Source: Minisyncoccia bacterium (GTDB taxonomy: Bacteria; Patescibacteriota; Minisyncoccia; UBA6257; GWB1-50-10). From it: 38,868 nt of DNA. Both the position numbers and the translations under genes were made by a program. Location: positions 1 to 38,868 of the forward strand of contig JBEKSI010000002.1 in NCBI GenBank assembly GCA_049997835.1, in the 5' to 3' direction. Shown piece by piece: positions 35,418 through 38,868 of this stretch; position 1 is the first letter of the stretch, and each line of letters opens with the position of its first letter. The notes beneath the pieces are model-generated. The model made no database searches. It saw only the letters and a program-made list of their open reading frames with translations, and was not told where the DNA came from.

Positions 35418-35493
35418 GACACGATAGCGCCAGCGGTGGTATGTTTGGCTTAGTTATTAACATTATTCATAATTCATAGGGCAGGAGGATGCC

Positions 35494-35991
35494 ATGGAAA
35501 AAGAAGAGCAAGTAAAAGAAGTTTCCACGGAGGAGAAGTTGATTCAAGAAGCGATTTTTGAGGTATTGGAGAACGAAAATCGCGCCCACACCAGTTGCAT
35601 AAATCCCAACAAGGAAGGCGTATTTACGCCGCTCTTAGCGGTTGATGATCATCTTTTTAACGTTACTATCCGCCAGAATAGCAAAACTATTTCAATAGAG
35701 ATGATTGATAACGAATTACTGGTTGGCGGTTTGATAAATAGAATTAAGAAAGCAAACGGCAACCCGGGCACGAAAGAAAAGGGTAAAAAGAGATGGATGT
35801 CTTTCCGGATAGACAAAAAGACCCGCTACCTCACAATCCTTGCGGAAGTATCCGTAAATCCCAAAGAAGGGAAGGGAAAGGTAGTAGAATCAATTCGGAC
35901 TAAATTCTCATTTTTTATCGTTTTGGTATCAATGTTCTACTCCGGAGTGTTTGACATGCCGGAAGACGCCGGAAAGCCCGTGAAGTTCTAA
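35494..35991 (+). CDS. Hypothetical protein (165 aa), no recognisable family
   Basis: Strong AGGAGG SD 6 nt before the ATG. Candidate promoter TTGACA-18 nt-TATGTT upstream. Terminator-like hairpin plus T-tract downstream. Confidence 0.55.
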   Translation: MEKEEQVKEVSTEEKLIQEAIFEVLENENRAHTSCINPNKEGVFTPLLAVDDHLFNVTIRQNSKTISIEMIDNELLVGGLINRIKKANGNPGTKEKGKKRWMSFRIDKKTRYLTILAEVSVNPKEGKGKVVESIRTKFSFFIVLVSMFYSGVFDMPEDAGKPVKF

Positions 35992-36071
35992 ATTCGCCTT
36001 CTGCAAAGTTCAGATAAAAAGCCGCTCGTTCTAATGAATTGAGTGGTTTTTATTTTTAGGTACTTTTACTG

Positions 36072-36095
36072 AAAACTGGACAAAATTCCAGTTTT
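36072..36095. promoter_or_regulatory. 9-bp perfect inverted repeat upstream of lexA (operator or weak A/U-rich hairpin)
   Basis: AAAACTGGA-caaaat-TCCAGTTTT. Confidence 0.3.
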
Positions 36096-36121
36096 TCATT
36101 GTTTTAGCGAGTTATCCACCA

Positions 36122-36149
36122 TTGACCAGAACATATGGTCGGGTATGAT
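36122..36149 (+). promoter_or_regulatory. Candidate lexA promoter with an SOS (Cheo-type) box in the spacer
   Basis: TTGACC-16 nt-TATGAT. The spacer holds aGAACATATGGTCg (36129-36140 core), 12/14 to CGAACATATGTTCG. An in-frame GTG follows at 36156, 6 nt after the -10. Confidence 0.4.
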
Positions 36150-36794
36150 AATACAGTGAAAAATCAAATAACTAAGCGCCAAAAGGAGCTTTTAGAGATA
36201 ATTTACGAGTATATAAAAAACACTGGTTATTCTCCGACATTTGAAGAGATGCGGGAAAAACTAGATGTATCTTCAAATCAATCAATTATTGACTTACTAA
36301 AAAAACTGAACGAGAAAGGGTTTATTAGGAAAGATGAATTAACAGCTAGAAGCTTAGCTATTCTATCTCTTGGCTATAAGATACTAGGGAAGTCCCCACT
36401 AATTCCCTTTCTTGGTGTGGCGAGTGGCGGGTCCCCAATCCATTCTTTTGAGATATCCGGAGATTGGCGGCCGATTTCAAATGATGTCGCGAGATTAAAT
36501 GAAGATGTTTTTATTTTGAAAGTTTCAGGGAATTCTATGATAAACGCAGGCATAGATGATGGTGATGCCGTTTTAGTTCAAACAAAAAAGGAATTTATTT
36601 CAGGTGAGATTGTTTATGCTCAAGTAGGTGATGGCGCGACAATAAAAAGATTCGTTTCGGATGATAAACCACCCTATATTTATTTGAAGCCGGAGAATCC
36701 TAATTATCCAGTTATCCCATTCACTGATGAAACGAATCTTAAAGGAAAGGTCGTTTCCGTTTTGAAGAATGGATTTTGGAAACCAGTTAAATAA
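36135..36794 (+). CDS. lexA: LexA-family repressor (winged-helix DNA-binding domain + S24 self-cleaving peptidase)
   Basis: 'ITKRQKELLEIIYEYIKNTGYSPTFEEMREKL' LexA DNA-binding domain. S24 catalytic 'VSGNSM' (Ser) and 'ATIKRF' (Lys). An alternative GTG start at 36156 gives the canonical 'MKxxxTxRQ' N-terminus. Confidence 0.85.
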   Translation: MVGYDNTVKNQITKRQKELLEIIYEYIKNTGYSPTFEEMREKLDVSSNQSIIDLLKKLNEKGFIRKDELTARSLAILSLGYKILGKSPLIPFLGVASGGSPIHSFEISGDWRPISNDVARLNEDVFILKVSGNSMINAGIDDGDAVLVQTKKEFISGEIVYAQVGDGATIKRFVSDDKPPYIYLKPENPNYPVIPFTDETNLKGKVVSVLKNGFWKPVK

Positions 36795-36798
36795 AGAT

Positions 36799-37170
36799 AT
36801 GGAAATAAAAAAACCAAGATCTCACACACCAACAATTCACGACAACACTGAAGAAGACTTAATCCTTGTTCCACCGAGTGTACTACAAGGGAAACTCCAT
36901 AAATTTGAGGATTATGTAAAAGGAAGGGGAAGTTTAGGAAGTGATGTAGCGGTAGCAATCGCACTTTTAATTACACTCCTCACTACTAACTTTAAAGATT
37001 TTGTGGGAGTTTCCGCAGGAGCTATAGAGGGCGCTTTTATAGCGGCACTCGTGTTTATGATTGCGAAGATCGTTTTTGATTTTATCACGAAGGTTCATAA
37101 AGCCCCGATTAAGACAAGGGAAGATGTTGTCGAGAGCCTGATTGAAAAAAGCGAGAATAAGCAAAAATAA
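36799..37170 (+). CDS. Small two-TM membrane protein, unknown function
   Basis: ATG 5 nt after the lexA stop (the track start at 36769 overlaps lexA). Hydrophobic 'VAVAIALLITLLTT' and 'AFIAALVFMIAKIVFDFI'. Its stop lies 2 nt before the methyltransferase ATG. Confidence 0.5.
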   Translation: MEIKKPRSHTPTIHDNTEEDLILVPPSVLQGKLHKFEDYVKGRGSLGSDVAVAIALLITLLTTNFKDFVGVSAGAIEGAFIAALVFMIAKIVFDFITKVHKAPIKTREDVVESLIEKSENKQK

Positions 37171-37172
37171 TC

Positions 37173-38868
37173 ATGCCCACTAAAAAACCTAGTCGTACTA
37201 AAGAAATTATCGGGAAAGTTTTTCGCGATTCCGAGCTCGCTTTTGGTTTGAAGGAATTCGAGGGGATAGACTTTGAAAAAGTCCTTGAAATTACCGAAGA
37301 AGAGAAAAACCGTTTCTATCTCAAAGATAAGAAGTCAGGAAAACCAAAATTTGTTTGGGATGAGTCTAAACAATCTGGTAAACCTGAAGAAATCGTTCGC
37401 CAGCTCTGGCTCCATAAATTAAACTCCCATTACAAATATCCGTTTGAAAGAATGGATACAGAAAAGAGTGTACATTTCGGTCATGAAATACACGCCAAAG
37501 CCGCGGATATTGTTGTTTATAAAAAAGATAAAATTACTCCCTATATAATTGTTGAAGTAAAAAGCCCCACAGAGAAAAAGGGTATAGATCAGCTAAAAAC
37601 CTATTTGAATGCCGAGGGTGCGGAAATAGGTTTTTGGTCAAATGGGACCAATCACATAATTCTTTATCGTCCGTATCCTAAAGAATTTGATGACACTTTA
37701 CCGGATTTGCCGTCTGCCGATCAAACAATAGATGACCTTTTGGAGGCGAAGAAAACATATTATGAATACACCACCACCAAGGAGAGTTTAAAAAATATCG
37801 TAGAATCAATGGAAGAATTAGTGTTAGCTAATGCTGGTGTTGATGTATTTACTGAGGTTTTCAAGCTTATCTACGCTAAACTTTATGACGAACAGGAAGC
37901 GAAACTAAACCGTGCCGATCACGAAGTTTATTTCAGAAAGTATCGTGACCCGGCGAAAACCTACTCGGTTATAAACGAACTTTTCAAGAAAGCCATTAAG
38001 AAATGGCCGGGTACGTTTTACGAACAAGAAAACATTAATCTTTCACAAGAGCATCTTTCGGTTGTTGTTGGCGAACTTGAACGCGCCCGTCTTTTCGGTT
38101 CAGACCTGTCTATTATTGATGAAGCATTTGAGTACTTAATCCCGGAAGTCGCGAAAGGGAAGAAGGGACAGTATTTCACTCCGCGCCATGTTATTGCGAT
38201 GGCCGTGAAGATGTTGGACCCGAAAAAGGATGAATATGTGATAGACCCCGCGGCTGGTTCAGGTGGTTTTTTGATTAGTGCGATGTATTGGGTGAAAGAA
38301 AAATACCTAAATGGTTCTGATGAAGCAATGAAAGAATATGCTAAAGAATGTATTTGGGGGATTGATTTTGCTGAAGAAATATCAAAAACATCCCGCGCTC
38401 TAATGCTTATTGCGGGCGATGGCCGCTCGCATATGTTTAAGTTGAATTCACTTGATCCGCGCGAATGGCAGGGTGAAGACGGCCAACTTCTAGATGCCCG
38501 CTCCAAGTTAAAAACCCTTTTGATGCAATTTGAAAACTCCGCCGATAACGCGGAAAACCAAAAAACCTTCCATTATTTCAACTTTGATATCTTACTTACC
38601 AACCCGCCCTTTGCTGGTGAAATAAAAGATCAGGGAATTCTACGCCAATATTTCTTTGGGAAAAAGAAAGGTAAATTGGTAAATAAAATTGAGCGCCACA
38701 TTCTTTTTATAGAACGCACGTTGGATATGCTCCGGCCGGGCGGGCGAATGGCGATTGTTTTGCCGCAGGGTGTTTTAAATAACACAAATATGGAAAATGT
38801 CCGGGAATATCTTTTTGATAAAGCTCGGATTTTGGCGGTAGTTGGACTTCACGGGAATACTTTCAAAC
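37173..38868 (+). CDS. N6-adenine DNA methyltransferase (HsdM/type I- or IIG-like) with an N-terminal HsdR_N-type nuclease-like domain; 3' end runs off the window
   Basis: Not in the ORF track because it has no stop. I translated it by hand from the ATG at 37173, and it is open to 38868. N-terminus 'AADIVVYKKDKITPYIIVEVKSP' (D...E-x-K). 'GQYFTPRHV', motif I 'VIDPAAGSGGFL', motif IV 'LLTNPPFAG'. Confidence 0.8.
   Translation, partial: MPTKKPSRTKEIIGKVFRDSELAFGLKEFEGIDFEKVLEITEEEKNRFYLKDKKSGKPKFVWDESKQSGKPEEIVRQLWLHKLNSHYKYPFERMDTEKSVHFGHEIHAKAADIVVYKKDKITPYIIVEVKSPTEKKGIDQLKTYLNAEGAEIGFWSNGTNHIILYRPYPKEFDDTLPDLPSADQTIDDLLEAKKTYYEYTTTKESLKNIVESMEELVLANAGVDVFTEVFKLIYAKLYDEQEAKLNRADHEVYFRKYRDPAKTYSVINELFKKAIKKWPGTFYEQENINLSQEHLSVVVGELERARLFGSDLSIIDEAFEYLIPEVAKGKKGQYFTPRHVIAMAVKMLDPKKDEYVIDPAAGSGGFLISAMYWVKEKYLNGSDEAMKEYAKECIWGIDFAEEISKTSRALMLIAGDGRSHMFKLNSLDPREWQGEDGQLLDARSKLKTLLMQFENSADNAENQKTFHYFNFDILLTNPPFAGEIKDQGILRQYFFGKKKGKLVNKIERHILFIERTLDMLRPGGRMAIVLPQGVLNNTNMENVREYLFDKARILAVVGLHGNTFK

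Noticed and set aside
36112-36120. DnaA box TTATCCACC (8/9) upstream of lexA as a second origin or DnaA-regulated site
   Set aside because: It is a single isolated match with no cluster or AT-rich unwinding element. It is expected by chance at this stringency.
38018-38506. 162-aa minus-strand ORF, the only track entry in this region
   Set aside because: The plus strand here encodes unmistakable N6-methyltransferase motifs (DPAAGSGGF, then NPPF just downstream) in a frame open from 37173 to the window end. The minus ORF is antisense noise.
1-38868. Alternative genetic code (UGA recoding, as in some CPR lineages), CRISPR arrays, IS elements, transposases or integrases
   Set aside because: TGA clearly functions as a stop in several ATGA gene overlaps (for example 2378-2381, 21150-21153, 26589-26592 and 33547-33550). 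ORFs are full length under the standard code. I saw no regularly spaced direct repeats and no transposase- or integrase-like ORFs.

Overview
This is an origin-proximal chromosomal window from a small-genome bacterium. Its gene content and compact, overlapping operons resemble Patescibacteria/CPR (inference only). The standard genetic code applies, because TGA stops occur in ATGA overlaps. Layout: (1) 1-4.8 kb, a T4SS-like operon with a VirB4-like ATPase cut by the window edge, a small membrane protein, a secreted protein, a pilin-like protein fused to a Cys-rich Zn-peptidase-like domain, and an anchored beta-propeller-like protein. (2) 4.7-9.2 kb, the classic jag-yidC-rnpA-rpmH / dnaA-dnaN origin core, with DnaA-box-like sites in the dnaA-dnaN spacer. 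(3) 9.2-19.7 kb, a long minus-strand block: class A PBP, acidic small ORF, ruvC, orphan histidine kinase, polA, GIY-YIG, tsaE, ruvB, a structured non-coding spacer and an orphan PilB-like ATPase. (4) 19.7-29 kb, housekeeping genes: lipoprotein, mutM, holA, rpsT, ruvA, murE-like, beta-CASP MBL RNase, LOG-like, small EF-like barrel, permease, O-antigen-ligase-like and tRNA-Arg(CCG). (5) 29.2-33.2 kb, a csoR-copA-HMA/TauE-cupredoxin copper operon with a palindromic operator inside its promoter. (6) 33.3-35.4 kb, a divergent pair encoding a small anchored protein and a 606-aa secreted protein built from six Cys4 modules plus a P/G/Q-rich tail. (7) 35.4-38.9 kb, a visibly AT-richer accessory segment: an inverted-repeat-flanked hypothetical ORF, then a tight lexA-like / small membrane protein / nuclease-N-domain-fused N6-methyltransferase operon that runs off the window. 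The best candidates for undescribed biology are the Cys4-repeat protein beside the copper operon, the pilin-peptidase fusion in the T4SS-like operon, the LexA-controlled RM-like module, and the structured RNA candidate at 17.8-17.96 kb. No CRISPR array, transposase or rRNA was seen.
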